A stretch of 64,000 nt of DNA. Origin: Candidatus Eiseniibacteriota bacterium (lineage in GTDB: Bacteria; Eisenbacteria; RBG-16-71-46). The DNA is taken from assembly GCA_963717935.1 (NCBI GenBank), contig CAVQXP010000004.1, positions 864,001 to 928,000 on the forward strand. Reading direction: 5' to 3'. The position numbers were made by a program, and so were the translations under genes. The notes under the pieces are model-generated. The model ran no database searches, was not told the DNA's origin, and saw only the letters and a program-made list of their open reading frames with translations. This document shows, piece by piece, positions 33,171 through 42,614 of this stretch. Positions within the stretch are counted from its first letter, which is position 1, and each line of letters starts with the position of its first letter.

Positions 33171-35326
33171 GTGACCGGCCTTTCGCTGCACCTCGCCCCG
33201 AACGCGCCCTGGCTGCTGCTGGCCGTCGCTGAGCCTCGCCTTCGTGGCGCTCGGTGTCTGGGCCTATCGCATCGCGGTGCCACCGCTGCCGCGCCGGGCC
33301 CGCCGCCTGCTGCCCGCGCTGCGCGTCGCGGCGCTGCTGCTCCTCGCCTGGCTGCTCGGCCAGCCCGTGCTCGAGCGCGCGGCGGGGGGCCGGGCGCACG
33401 TGGTCGTGCTGCTCGACCGCTCGGCGAGCATGGACCTGCCGGTGGGGCCGGGTGGCGGCACGCGTGCCGCCGCTGCCGCGCGGACGGTGAGGACGCTCGA
33501 GCAGGCGTGGCGCGGGCGGGCGAACGTGACGGTCCTGTCCTTCGCGTCACGCCTCGAGTCGGATTCGGCGCGCACGGGCACGCCGGGCTCCGCGGGCGCG
33601 ACGGCCCTCGGGGACGCGCTCGCCGCGCTCGCCGCCGGGCCGGCTGGGCGGGACGCGGGCGCGGTCGTCGTCGTGAGCGACGGGGCGGTGAACGCGGGCG
33701 AGGACCCGGTGGCGGTCGCGAGCGCCCTCGGCCTTCCCGTGCACGCGGTGGTCGTGGGCCGCGCCGGCGTGCCCGACCGGGTCGTCACCGAGGTCGAGTC
33801 GCAGGACGTGGCGCGCGTGGGCCGGCCGACCGTGGTGCGTGCGCGGGTGACGAGCACGGAGGAGCGCGGCGCGCCCATGACGGTGCGCCTGCTCGAAGGC
33901 GGCAGCGAGCTGGCGCGCGCGACGGTGATCGCGCCGGGCGGCGGCGCCGAGGCCACGGCCGAGTTCCAGATCGTGCCCACGCGGCCCGGGCTCGCGGTCT
34001 GGACCGCGCGCGTGGATTCGCTGCCGGGCGATCTGACCCGCGCCAACGATGCCCGGCAAGTGGCGGTCGAAGTCTCACCCGGCCGGCTCGGCGTGCTGCT
34101 GGTGAGCGGCGGCCTCAACTGGGACCTCGCCTTCCTGCGCCGCGCCCTGCTCGGCGACTCGAGTCTGGCCGTGACCACCTTCGCCCGCGAGCGCGGTGGC
34201 TGGCGCGCCCTCGAGCCGCGCGCGGGCGCGGGAGGCGCGCCTTCCTCCGCCAGCCTGCGCGGGCAGGCGGTCGTGGTGCTCGACGCGGTCGCGCCCGCCG
34301 AGGTCGGTCCGGACTTCGACCGGGCGCTGGCCGCCTTCGTGCGCGCGGGCGGTGGGCTGCTGGTGCTCGGGGGCCCGCCTCCGGGTCTCTCGCGCTATCG
34401 TGCGGGCACACTCGGCGCCGAGCTGACGGTGACGCTCGATGGCACGCTCACCGCCCGCGGTGGCACGCCGCAGCCCACGCTCGAAGCGCGTGAGCTGCTG
34501 GACTGGGACCCCGACCCGGCACGGGGTGCGCGCGCATGGAGCGTGGTGGCGCCGTTGGCGGAACTGGCCCCCGTGCAGCCGGGCGCGGGCGACCGCGTCG
34601 CTGATCGGCTCGGCGGGCGGCGGGCCGCCGCTGCTGATCGGGCGTCACGTCGGACGGGGGCAGGCGCTGCTCGTGAACGGCACGGGCCTGTGGCGCTGGT
34701 CGCTCTCGGGCGTGGACGAACTCACCGCCGAGCGCGGCCGAGTGCTCTGGCGACGGCTGGTCCACTGGCTCGCCGAGCCCGCGCAGGCCGAGCCCCTGCG
34801 GGTGCGGCCCGAGCGCTGGCTCGCGGCGGGCGGGGAGCCCGTGCGGCTGTTCGCCACGCTGCAGGACTCCGCGTTCCGCCCGGTCGCGGGTGGCGAGGTG
34901 CAGGCCGAGGTGCAGGACGACGCCGGTCGGTCGCGCCCGGTGCGCTTCGAGACTCGCGCGCGCGGCTCGTACGAAGCCATGCTCGAGGACCTGCCACCGG
35001 GACGTTACAGGTTGAGCGCGCGCGCCGTGCGCGGCGGCCGCGAGCTGGGACGCGCCACCACCGAGTTCGCCGTGGACCGCTGGAGCCTCGAGCTGGCGCG
35101 CAGCCTCCCCGACAGCGCCGCGCTCGCCGCGGTCGCGCGGGCCACGGGCGGCCGCGTCACGGACGCCGCCCGGGTGGAGCGCTGGTCACGCACTCTCCCT
35201 ACGCGTGCGCTGGCCCGCGGCCGCGTCGAGTCGCACCGGCTCTGGGAATCCCCCTGGGTGTCCGCGCTGGTCGTCGGACTGCTGAGCGTCGAGTGGTTCT
35301 GGCGCCGGCGGCGAGGCCTGCCGTAG
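33171..35326 (+). CDS. membrane protein with VWA domain and GATase-like/Ig domains (apparent frameshifts near 33230 and 34600)
   Basis: Two N-terminal TM helices, MIDAS LLDRSASM, TALGDAL, VSDG, GLWRW, C-terminal LLSVEWFWRRRRGLP. Confidence 0.8.
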
Positions 35327-35397
35327 GGACCCTCCCGGTCCGCCCGGCACGCGCGTTGCGATAGCCACGCCGGGTCCCGCCCCCGCCAGGAGGGTCC

Positions 35398-37084
35398 ATG
35401 CTCCACGGGGGTCTGTCGTCCCTGGCCGTGGCGGTCGTGCTGGGCGCGAGTGATGCCGGGCCGGCCGTGCCGGCGACCGCCACCGCGGCCTGCGCGCCGG
35501 CGCAGCATCCGCTCATCGCCGAGCTGCTCTACGACGCCGCCGGCGACGACACGGGCTGGGAGTTCGTCGAGTTCTACAACCCGTTCGACCACGCTCTGCC
35601 GCTCGAGGGCGCGCGGCTCGAGGCGGGTGACGGCTCGGGCCCCGGCCGCTGGACGCTGCGCTGGACCGGCAACGCCGTGGACAGCGTCGCCGCCCGTGGT
35701 CGCTTCGTCGTGGGCGGAGCGAAGGTCCAGCCGGCGCCCCATGCGGTGGTGACCCTCGAGCTGCAGAACGGACCCGACGCGCTGCGCATTGGCGTGGCCG
35801 GACGGCGCGGTCGAGGTGGTGGGCTACGGCGCGCTCGAGTTCGCCGAGTACGCCTGCGGCGCGCCGGCGGCGGACGTCGCCCCGGGGCAGTCGCTCGCCC
35901 GCATCCCGGACGGCGCCGACCTGGGGAGCAACGCGGCCGACTTCCGCGCGGCCGCGCCCTCGCCGGGGCGCGCGAACCAGCCGCAGCGTGACCTGGCGGT
36001 GCCGGCCGGCTCGCTCGCGCTCACGCCCGGGCAACCGGACCCTGGCGCCGCGGCGCGGCTCGCGGGGTGGATCGAGAACCGCGGTGCCACGACCGTCGTG
36101 GCCGGAGAGGCGATGCTCGTCGCGACCGCGGTCTCGGCGGCGGGGAGCGTGCCGCTCTTCGCGCGCGCCGTCGGCACGGCGCTGGCGCCCGGCGACCCCG
36201 CCGCCTTCGACGAGTCCGTGTCGCTCGAGGCGGGCTCGTGGTGGCTGCGGGTCGCGGTCTCGCTGCCGCAGGACGAGGCGCCCGCGAACGATGCCGACTC
36301 CGTGCGGGTGCGCGCCGGCCCGGGCCCGCTCGAGCTGACCGAGATCCAGTTCCACCCCGCGGCGGGGGAGGGCGAGTGGGTCGAAGTGCGGAACCGCTCG
36401 GATGCGCCGCTCGACCTGGCCGCCTTCACGCTCTCGGACCGCGGCGCCACGCGGGGCACGCCCGCGGGCGGCTGGGGCGCGCTCGAGCCCGAGAGCCTCG
36501 CCGTGCTCGCGCAGGACCGCGCGGCCCTGGTGCGCGCCTTCCCCGGGCTGGACACGAACCGGGTGTGGCGCGCGGGCCCGTGGCCGACCCTCAACAACTC
36601 GGACGATTCGACGGGCGTGGCCGACGCCGTGGTCCTGCGCGAAGCGGACGGCACGCCCTGCCAGCGCGTGGCCTACTCGGCCGCCGGGATCCCCGCGGGC
36701 GTGCCGCTCGAGTGGCGCGACGGTGGCTGGTGGCCGGACTCCGATCCGGCGGGCACGCCGCTGCGTCCCCCTCGCTCCCGCTCGCCGCTCGCGCGCCGTT
36801 TCGAGTGCGCGCCGCGACGATTGCGCGAGGGCGGGGCGGCCACGCTGGCGTGGGACCTGCCCTGGTCGCGGGCGCACGTCTCGCTCGAGCTCTACGACCT
36901 CGCCGGGCGCCGCGTGGCGCGGCCGCTCGAGGAGTTCCTGGCCCCGGCCCGTGGGGAACGGGCGTGGTCGGTCGGCGCCACCGCTCCCGGGCTCTACGTG
37001 ACGCTGGCCCGGGCGCGGCCGGACGGGAGCGGGGACTGGATCGTCGAGCGCAGCGCGTTGCGCATCGGGGGGAGCGCGCGATGA
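35398..37084 (+). CDS. secreted protein with two lamin-tail (LTD)-like domains, a CARDB-like module and a FlgD/CTD-like tail (apparent +1 frameshift near 35790)
   Basis: IAELLYDAAGDDTGWEFVEFYNP, LQNGPDAL, SLARIPDG, PSPGRAN, LTEIQFHP...EWVEVRN, LNNS, LYDLAGRRV, PGLY. Confidence 0.78.
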
Positions 37085-37896
37085 GGGCGGCGCGGATCAT
37101 GCGGCTCGCCGCGCTCGCGCTCCTCGCGCTCGCGGGACCCGGGGCGCGCGCCGTCTCCCAGGACTTCACCTGCGCCGCGCTCCCGGGCCCTGCGACTTCG
37201 GCGGGCGCGTTCATCGAGAGCGGCCTGCCGCCGCTCTGCGCGGGGCCCGCGCTCGACGCGTCGTACACGCGCTGGTTCGGCCTGCCCGAACTCGAGACGC
37301 GCGCGACGGCGTGCGGAGCGGGCTGGCGGCTGGTGCGCGTGGCGGCGGGGTGCTCGCAGACGGGCGAGCCCGATCTCGGCTGGAGCGCCATCGGGTTCGC
37401 CTGCGGCGTGGCGCGCCCCGACGGCGGTGCGGGCCTGCGGGCGGTCGCGCGCCGGGACCGCGCGGTCGAGCCGGGCAGCGTCGCGGCCGCGCGGTCCGAG
37501 GCCCGCACGGGCGCCGAGGTGGGCTGGGGCGCATGGCTCCAGGCGGCGCGAGGGCTGAGGCTCTGGGCCGCGGTGCCGCAGTCGTGGAGCGACGGCGTGG
37601 CGCCGCCGCTCGACCGGCCGCTCGAGTGCGGCGGAGAGTTCGAACGCGACGGACTCACACTCTGGCTGACGCGCGCGGCGCCGTCCGGCGGCACGGAGGC
37701 CGACCATGGCGCGGGCGTGGCACTGCGCTCGGGATCGCTGGTCACCTGGGCGTCGGCACGCGACCGGCCGCTGCGGGGCGGTCTCGGGCTGGCGGCATCG
37801 GTGAGCCGGCTCTTCGTCGCGGCCGAGGTCGAGAGCCATCCCGAGCTGGGCGAGACGGTGCGGCTCTCGCTCGGGCTCGCCGGTGGGGCGCGGTGA
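37081..37896 (+). CDS. hypothetical secreted protein, probable outer-membrane beta-barrel
   Basis: ATGA overlap; signal peptide ending ARA; alternating hydrophobic strands; YTRWFGLPEL and terminal HPELGETVRLSLGL. Confidence 0.6.
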   Translation: MRAARIMRLAALALLALAGPGARAVSQDFTCAALPGPATSAGAFIESGLPPLCAGPALDASYTRWFGLPELETRATACGAGWRLVRVAAGCSQTGEPDLGWSAIGFACGVARPDGGAGLRAVARRDRAVEPGSVAAARSEARTGAEVGWGAWLQAARGLRLWAAVPQSWSDGVAPPLDRPLECGGEFERDGLTLWLTRAAPSGGTEADHGAGVALRSGSLVTWASARDRPLRGGLGLAASVSRLFVAAEVESHPELGETVRLSLGLAGGAR

Positions 37897-39341
37897 CGGC
37901 CGCGGCGCCTTCCACCGCGCGGGCCGCGGTCCTCCGTGTCCCGCGTCGCGTCGCGCTCCTCGCCCGCGCGTTCGCGGCGGCGGTGTTCGCCGCGCTCTTC
38001 CTCACGGTCGCCGCCCCCGCGCAGCCGGCGCCGGACTCCATCGGGTACGCCGAGCCCCCGCCCGAGGAGCCCGAGGGCGCCGACTACGAGGTCGAGTCTG
38101 CCGACACGCTGGCCGAGGGCGCGATCGAGCTGGGCATGGGGGCTTCGGGCCGCGTGGGTGCCAGGCCGCGGCAGACGCGGCGTGTGCGCTTCAACGACCG
38201 CGCCCTGGGCGGCTCGGTGCGCGAGGGCGAAGGCGACCCGCTCGCGGGCGGCTCGATCGAAGCCGGCGCTCTGGCCGGACGCGTGGGCGTGGGCCGGCTC
38301 GCCGCGCGCTGGGGGCGTGGCCTGCTGCTGGGCGCGGCGGCGGAACCGTGGAACGCGGCCGCGGCCGATCGCGGCGCGGCCGCGCCCTTCCGTGGTCGCG
38401 CGGGGCGCGGCGCCTGGTACCGGCTGGGCGAGCGCGGGGCGCTCGAGGCCCTCTACGGGCGCTTCGCGAATCGTGACCTGGCGGGAGGCCGCGCGCGGGC
38501 CGGCCCGTTCGGTCTCGGCGCCCTCGCCGACCGCGCCGGCCACGCGCAGGCCAGCCTGAGCCTCTGCCGGGGCCGGGCCGAGCACGAGCTGGCGCTCGAC
38601 CGTGCCGGCCGCTGGCGCGTCGAGACGGCGCTCGAGCGGCGCGCGGGCCCGCTGGCATTGGCCGCCCGCGCGCGTGGCGGATCGGCGGGCCTGCGCTCGC
38701 TGGCGGAGCCGCTTCGGAGCGGTCCGGCGCGCACGCTCGCCATGGAGCTCCGGGACGACGCCCCCTGGGGCCACGTGCGCGCGCAGACCGCGCTCTGGCG
38801 TTTCGCCCCGGGCCGCGGTGGCGCGCGCGCGGCCCTTGAAGTGAGGCGGCGTCTCGATCGGCGGGGATCGCTGGCCGTGGGCTTCGAGGAGCGGCATGGC
38901 ACGCATCGCGAGAGCGGCCGCGTCCCGGGCTTCCGTCAGGGAGCCTGGGGCGAGTGGCGCGGCGAGGCGGCCGGACTGGCCCTCGCGCTCCGCCACGAGG
39001 TGCTGGGCGCGGAACGGCTCGGCCGCACCGCGGTCCGCGCGGTGACGGCCGCGCGACTCGAGCTCGACGGGCCGGCCGGGAGCGGACTGCGGATCACGCA
39101 CTGCGCCTATCGCGTGCGGTCCGGCGAGAGCCTCTACCTGATCGAGACCGCAAGCGACCGCGTCATCCTGCGGGCGGTCTCCGGCATGGGGCGGCGCACC
39201 CGCGTGGAGGTTCGCGCGCCGGGCGCCGGTGGCCACATCAACGCCGCGCTCGAGCTCCCGGGCGTGGCGGGCGCGCGGAGCAGCGAGGCGAACCGACCAC
39301 GCTGGACGCTGGACTGGACACGACGTGCGCGAAGCCGGTAG
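37893..39341 (+). CDS. hypothetical secreted protein, probable outer-membrane beta-barrel
   Basis: GTGA overlap; signal peptide; GRLAARWGRGLLLG; many amphipathic strands; C-terminal RWTLDW strand. Confidence 0.6.
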   Translation: MTAAAPSTARAAVLRVPRRVALLARAFAAAVFAALFLTVAAPAQPAPDSIGYAEPPPEEPEGADYEVESADTLAEGAIELGMGASGRVGARPRQTRRVRFNDRALGGSVREGEGDPLAGGSIEAGALAGRVGVGRLAARWGRGLLLGAAAEPWNAAAADRGAAAPFRGRAGRGAWYRLGERGALEALYGRFANRDLAGGRARAGPFGLGALADRAGHAQASLSLCRGRAEHELALDRAGRWRVETALERRAGPLALAARARGGSAGLRSLAEPLRSGPARTLAMELRDDAPWGHVRAQTALWRFAPGRGGARAALEVRRRLDRRGSLAVGFEERHGTHRESGRVPGFRQGAWGEWRGEAAGLALALRHEVLGAERLGRTAVRAVTAARLELDGPAGSGLRITHCAYRVRSGESLYLIETASDRVILRAVSGMGRRTRVEVRAPGAGGHINAALELPGVAGARSSEANRPRWTLDWTRRARSR

Positions 39342-39478
39342 CGGGGGCGGTCCAGGAAGGGCAGCTCCGCGACCGGGATGAATCCAGACCAGGCTTTGAA
39401 GCCGGCCGCGGGCAGGAGCCGCCCGGGGCCTGGATCGGACTTCGAGGCGCCGGTCCGCGCCCGGGCGCGCTGCGTCCG

Positions 39479-39494
39479 TGGCACATGGCGTGCA
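39479..39494 (+). promoter_or_regulatory. putative sigma54 (-24/-12) promoter
   Basis: TGGCAC-ATGGC-GTGCA with exact GG-N10-GC spacing, about 50 nt upstream of ATG 39544. Confidence 0.55.
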
Positions 39495-39543
39495 ACCCCG
39501 CCCTGGTCACGGCCCCCGCCACCCGCCCCTGCGGGACATCACC

Positions 39544-40182
39544 ATGCACCTGGCAGCCGCGTACCTCGCCCTCGTCCTCGCCTTCCTCCGTCCGCCGGCC
39601 GGGCCCGTGTCGGTCGCGCAGGTCGGCCCCGGCCTGCTGCTCAACGAGTTCCTCGCCGGACCGGCGCGCGACTGGGACGGCAGCGGCACCCTCTCGACCC
39701 GCGACGACGAATGGGTCGAGGTCTGCAACACGGGCCTCGCGGCGCTCGATCTCTCGCCCTTCCTCATCACCGACGGTGACCACCTGCCGCGCTACGCCTT
39801 CAGCGGCACGCTCGGGCCGGGCGAGCGGCGCCTGGTCTTCGGCAAGGAGTCCTACGACTGGGAGAAGGCCAACGGTTTCCCGGCCTACGGGCTCTCGCTC
39901 TCGAACACCGGTGACACCGTGATGCTCTGGCAGGTCGCGGGGGCCGAGACCGTGCTGGTGGACTCGTACACCTACCTGAGCCACGAGGCCGCGGCCGACC
40001 GCGCCGTGGCGCGCAAGCCGGACGGTGGAACCTGGATGCTCTTCGACGGGCTCAACCCCTATGTCGGCACCACGCCGCCGCTGGGCACGGGCTGCGCGCC
40101 CACGCCCGGACTGGCCAACGTCTGCGAGAACACGCCGGCGCAGGTCCCGACCTGGGGGAGGCTCAAGACCCTGTACCGGTGA
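39544..40182 (+). CDS. secreted lamin-tail-domain protein with C-terminal TWGRLKTLYR motif
   Basis: LLNEFLAGP, DWDGSG, DEWVEVCN, LSLSNTGDTV, ARKPDG, PTPGLAN; ends TPAQVPTWGRLKTLYR. Confidence 0.82.
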   Translation: MHLAAAYLALVLAFLRPPAGPVSVAQVGPGLLLNEFLAGPARDWDGSGTLSTRDDEWVEVCNTGLAALDLSPFLITDGDHLPRYAFSGTLGPGERRLVFGKESYDWEKANGFPAYGLSLSNTGDTVMLWQVAGAETVLVDSYTYLSHEAAADRAVARKPDGGTWMLFDGLNPYVGTTPPLGTGCAPTPGLANVCENTPAQVPTWGRLKTLYR

Positions 40183-40395
40183 GACGGAGTGCCCCGCCCT
40201 CCTCGATTTCGCCGAGTCGTCCGCCTCCTCCGGCGCATCTGAAGCAGTCCCGGCGGGCCGCGTGCGCCAGCGCAGGAGACCCGCCGGGACTCTCTCGCGC
40301 CCTGCCCCGACCGCCCATTCGGCCTTGTCCGCGCCTGCGGGTCGAGGGCACACTGGTGCGGTGCCCGATTCACCTGGTTCCCGTGGAGGCGAACG

Positions 40396-41322
40396 CTGAA
40401 CCCCGACCCGGCTCAGGCCCGTGACCTGCTGGAGTCCCACCGCGCCGGCCGGCTGCTCTGGCCTGCGGGGCGCCTGCGCGAGAAGGCGCTCGAGATCCGC
40501 CGCGACCTCATCACCCTGCTCGTCCAGGCCCGGAGCGGGCACACCGGCGGGTCGCTCTCGGCCGCCGATTTCGGCACGGCCCTCTTCTTCCACGAGCTGA
40601 CCCTGGACCCGCGCGACCCGGCCTGGCCGGACCGCGACTTCTGGCACTTCTCGATCGGGCACGTGACCCCGCTGATCTACTCGCTCATGGCGGAGCGCGG
40701 CTATTTCCCGCTCGCGGACCTGATGCAGTTCCGCACCTTCGCCGGGCACCTGCAGGGCCACCCGTCGCGCCACGACACGATCGGCATCGAGGTCTCCTCG
40801 GGCTCGCTCGGCCAGGGGCTCTCGGTGTGCGCGGGCGTGGCGATGGCCGCGCGCATCGACCGGCACCCGCGGCGCGTCTACTGCGTCATGGGCGACGGCG
40901 AGCAGCAGGAGGGACAGGTCTGGGAGGCGGCGATGTTCGCGGGGCACCGCCGGCTCGACAACCTCTGCGCCGTCGTGGACTACAACCGCAAGCAGATCGA
41001 CGGCGACGTCGAGGACATCTGCGGGATCCTGCCGCTGGCCGACAAGTGGCGCGCCTTCCGCTGGAACGTGATCGAGGTGGAGGGGCACGATCTCGAACGG
41101 ATCCTCGGCGCCTTTGCCGCCGCGCGCACGTGCAGGGGCCAGCCCACCGTGATCCTCGCGCACACCGTGATGGGCAAGGGCGTGTCGTTCATGGAGGACG
41201 ATCACCGCTGGCACGGCAAGCCGCCCGGGCCCGCCGAGGGCGAGCAGGCGCTCGCGGAGCTGGGCAGCACGTTCGCCGAGTGGTCGGCGCGGCTGCTCGC
41301 GGGCCGGGGGGACGCACGATGA
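40396..41322 (+). CDS. transketolase N-terminal (TPP-binding) subunit, apparent CTG start
   Basis: SGHTGGSLS, DRDFWHFSIGH, LQGHP, SGSLGQGLS, GDGEQQEGQVWEA, WHGK; conserved sequence begins well upstream of the first GTG. Confidence 0.92.
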   Translation: MNPDPAQARDLLESHRAGRLLWPAGRLREKALEIRRDLITLLVQARSGHTGGSLSAADFGTALFFHELTLDPRDPAWPDRDFWHFSIGHVTPLIYSLMAERGYFPLADLMQFRTFAGHLQGHPSRHDTIGIEVSSGSLGQGLSVCAGVAMAARIDRHPRRVYCVMGDGEQQEGQVWEAAMFAGHRRLDNLCAVVDYNRKQIDGDVEDICGILPLADKWRAFRWNVIEVEGHDLERILGAFAAARTCRGQPTVILAHTVMGKGVSFMEDDHRWHGKPPGPAEGEQALAELGSTFAEWSARLLAGRGDAR

Positions 41323-42287
41323 CGGACATCACGCTGCCCGCGCAGGTCGAGAAGAGGAAGACCCGCGAGGGCTTCGGCCGCGCGCTGGTCGCGCTGGGGG
41401 AGCGGGACCCGCGCATCGTGGTGCTGGTGGGCGATCTCTCCGAGTCCACCATGGTGAGCTTTTTCGCCGAGCGCTTCCCCGAGCGCTTCATCCAGGTCGG
41501 GATCGCCGAGCAGAACATGACCGGCATCGCCGCCGGCCTGGCGGCCGCGGGCAAGGTCCCGTTCCTCGCCACCTACGGCGCCTTCGCCTCGTACCGCGCC
41601 GCGGACCAGCTGCGCGTGACGGTGGCGTACTCGGAGCTCAACGTGAAGATCGTCGGGGCGCATGGCGGCCTCTCGGTGGGCCTCGACGGCGCCACGCACC
41701 AGGCGCTCGAGGAGATCAGTATCATCCGCTCGATCCCCAACCTGACGCTGATCGTGCCGTGCGACTACTGGGAGGCGTACAAGGCCACCATCGCGGCCGC
41801 CGTGCACGCCGGCCCGGTCTACATCCGCCTCGGACGCGAGGACGTGCCGGTGGTGACCGCCGAGGACACGCCGTTCACGTTCGGCCAGGCGGAGGTCTTC
41901 GCCGCGGGCGGTGACCTCACCATCGTCGCCTGCGGTGTCATGGTCTACGAGGCGCTGCGCGCGCGCGAGGCCCTGCTCGAGCGCGGGATCGCCGCCCGGG
42001 TCGTGGACCTGCACACGCTCAAGCCGCTCGATGTCGCGCTGCTCGAGCGCTGCGCGCGGGAGACGGGGGCCATCGTCACGGCCGAGGAGCACCAGGTGAA
42101 CGGCGGCCTGGGCGGTGCCGTGGCCGAGGCCGTGGTCCGCACGCACCCGGTACCGATGGAGTTCGTGGCGGTGATGGACCGTTTCGGCCAGTCGGGCAGG
42201 CCCGACGAGCTGATGGAGGCCTTCGGGATCAAGTCGGCGGACATCGTCGCCGCGGCGGAGCGCGTGCTGGCCCGCAAGCGGGGCTGA
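41319..42287 (+). CDS. transketolase C-terminal subunit
   Basis: TREGFG, GIAEQNM, DGATHQALE, GPVYIRLGR, TLKPLD, TAEEH, FGQSG. Confidence 0.94.
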   Translation: MTDITLPAQVEKRKTREGFGRALVALGERDPRIVVLVGDLSESTMVSFFAERFPERFIQVGIAEQNMTGIAAGLAAAGKVPFLATYGAFASYRAADQLRVTVAYSELNVKIVGAHGGLSVGLDGATHQALEEISIIRSIPNLTLIVPCDYWEAYKATIAAAVHAGPVYIRLGREDVPVVTAEDTPFTFGQAEVFAAGGDLTIVACGVMVYEALRAREALLERGIAARVVDLHTLKPLDVALLERCARETGAIVTAEEHQVNGGLGGAVAEAVVRTHPVPMEFVAVMDRFGQSGRPDELMEAFGIKSADIVAAAERVLARKRG

Positions 42288-42614
42288 GCCGGGCGAGGAG
42301 CGCCGCTGCCGCGCGTGGGGGGCGCGGGATCCCGGGTGTCTCCGCGGGTTCCCGCGCCTGCTCGATCCCCGGACCGTCACGGCGCCAACTCCAAACGGGA
42401 CAAGCTGTTCCGCGTGCAGCCCGATTCGGTGGCGCTCGCCCCCGGGCGGTGCTCCACGCGGGCAGGAGCACCGGGCCGCCTGGCGCCGACCGAATCCTGG
42501 TGACGCCCCTCCGCACCGGGCGCTACGATTCTCCCCGACAGACCAACGCCCTCCGTCCGGAGGCCGCCGCGACCAGGATGCGACGTCCGGAGGGGGCCAG
42601 CCTGGGAGGCCGCC

